DNA from: Macrostomum lignano
Lineage: Eukaryota
DNA length: 64,000 nt
Direction: 5' to 3'
Assembly (NCBI GenBank): GCA_002269645.1
Contig: NIVC01000100.1
Location: 372,001 to 436,000, forward strand
Under the pieces are notes generated by a model. That model was not told the DNA's origin and ran no database searches. It saw only the letters and a list, made by a program, of their open reading frames with translations. Shown one piece after another: positions 62,701 to 64,000 of this stretch; within the stretch, counting starts at the first letter, position 1; every line of letters begins with the position of its first letter. Made by a program: the position numbers and the translations under genes.

Positions 62701-63104
62701 GACGGGGCCATCACAAACCCGAAAAATCACAACTCCGAAAAGCGCTTTTCATCATAAACCCGAAATATCATAAACCCGAAATATCACAAACCCGAAATAT
62801 CATAACTCCGAAATTGATAGCAACACATATCATAAACCCGAAAAATCATAACTTCGAAAGTTCTAGCAATGTCCAAGACTATTTTGGTTTTCGGAGTTAT
62901 GATATTTCGGGTTTTTGATATTTCGGGTTTATGATGTGCGTTGCTAACACTTTTGAAGTTATGATATTTCGGGTTTATGATGGGCAATGCTATTTTGGTT
63001 TTTGGAGTTTGGGTTTATGATATTTCGGAGTTGTGATTTTTCGGGTTTATGATGGGAAGTGCTTTCGGAGTTGTGATTTTTCGGGTTTGTGATGACGACC
63101 CGTC
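62701..63104. mobile_element. ~400-bp foldback element built from atcataaacccgaaa modules
   Basis: Left gacggggccatcacaaacccgaaaaatcacaactccgaaa mirrors the right end; no TSD seen. Confidence 0.7.
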
Positions 63105-63258
63105 TTGACGGCTATTAAAAATCTTTTAAAGTGGCTGAGTTTAACGTGCAAGCTTACTCTAAAACAGAATTGTACACTAGAAAAAGCAAGAGGCATATTG
63201 TGACGCAAGTCAGTAACTAAAAAAACACAGATCCCTGATCCCTGAACTCCTGAACTGC

Positions 63259-64000
63259 TCAAAGTTTGCTGCTAACAGTTCCAGATTCTGCAGCCTCGTT
63301 CCCGCTTAAAAGCAGCAAGCGAAACTGGGCACACAAAGGCAGATGATCGGACGACTGCAGTCGATTAGGTATGCCCCCAATCTGATTCAACTGACGAGGC
63401 GTTAACAGATTCAGTTGGGCCAAGCACTGCAGCAAAGGTACTGGAGTCGGTTTCAATTCTGTCTGCTCTGCCGTTTTGTTGCTAACCGAAGTTCGACCCG
63501 AACTATAAAAGATTGCGTCCACTGTACAACTGTCTTGAGCAGTGTAGGACGTTATAGTAAACAGATTGTTGGAGTCGCGATAGTCGTAAGCCGATTGGAA
63601 ACTCAATTGATGAGAGAGCACTAATTCGGTAGGAGGTGCTTTTTCCTGCTTCTTTCTCTGGGCAGAAATTGATTCTGAATCGGCCTCTTTAAACTGGCAT
63701 TCGAACGTGAATCCAGCCCGTTTAATAAGTTCGGGATTGAGATAGGCCTGCGATCGCCGTCTGAGAAAGCTGGTAGCATTCTGCATAGAAATATCGGACA
63801 CTAGCAGTTTGTCCAGACTGAGACTGCCCTCCAGGAACAGATGGAACAGAGCGGAATTCGGTTGCGAATTCAAGTCGCCGCACAGAATCACCGGAGTCTC
63901 GGGTGCAACAGTGCTAGCAAGTGTGGCAAGCAGATTAGCCGATTGTAACAGTTTGGCATCGCCCCGATTCGGATTAAACAACAGGTGAGTGTTGGCGATA
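63259..64000 (-). CDS. angel: Angel (CCR4-like EEP-family 2',3'-cyclic phosphatase) homologue, 3' part, 5'-incomplete
   Basis: IANTHLLFNPNRGDAKLLQ, VILCGDLNSQPNS, VDAIFYS, GIPNRLQSSDHLPLCAQFRL. Confidence 0.88.
   Translation of the reverse strand, partial: IANTHLLFNPNRGDAKLLQSANLLATLASTVAPETPVILCGDLNSQPNSALFHLFLEGSLSLDKLLVSDISMQNATSFLRRRSQAYLNPELIKRAGFTFECQFKEADSESISAQRKKQEKAPPTELVLSHQLSFQSAYDYRDSNNLFTITSYTAQDSCTVDAIFYSSGRTSVSNKTAEQTELKPTPVPLLQCLAQLNLLTPRQLNQIGGIPNRLQSSDHLPLCAQFRLLLLSGNEAAESGTVSSKL

Overview
AT-rich, intron-containing animal DNA. The tandem-repeat-filled introns and polyQ/polyA tracts resemble a free-living flatworm such as Macrostomum (inference only). I rebuilt five host genes by hand, checking GT-AG junctions and phases: a Rac/Cdc42-like Rho GTPase (+, 2 exons), API5 (-, 6 exons, 600 aa), a PTPN3/PTPN4-type FERM tyrosine phosphatase (+, FERM part 6 exons, PTP part 2 exons), a tetraspanin (+, 5 exons, 254 aa) and the 3' part of an angel/CCR4-like EEP phosphatase (-, runs off the window end). 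There is also a small acidic orphan ORF. Most long ORFs in the track are artefacts of minisatellites, and nearly every large intron holds its own 17-58 bp tandem array. I delimited several DNA transposons by terminal inverted repeats (TIRs) and target-site duplications (TSDs): a 2.9-kb CMC/EnSpm-like element inside a minisatellite, Mutator-like foldbacks, hAT-like MITEs, and a 4.4-kb element encoding a Pygopus-like PHD finger fused to a FLYWCH-like domain. Best leads: (1) the PHD-FLYWCH transposon, a possible chromatin-reader-guided element, in the TE nest between the divergent API5 and PTPN genes; (2) a PTPN3/4 orthologue with no visible PDZ or KNRY exons; (3) a tetraspanin intron minisatellite that looks like an amplified copy of its own 3' splice site. 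No database searches were run; family calls rest on recalled motifs.
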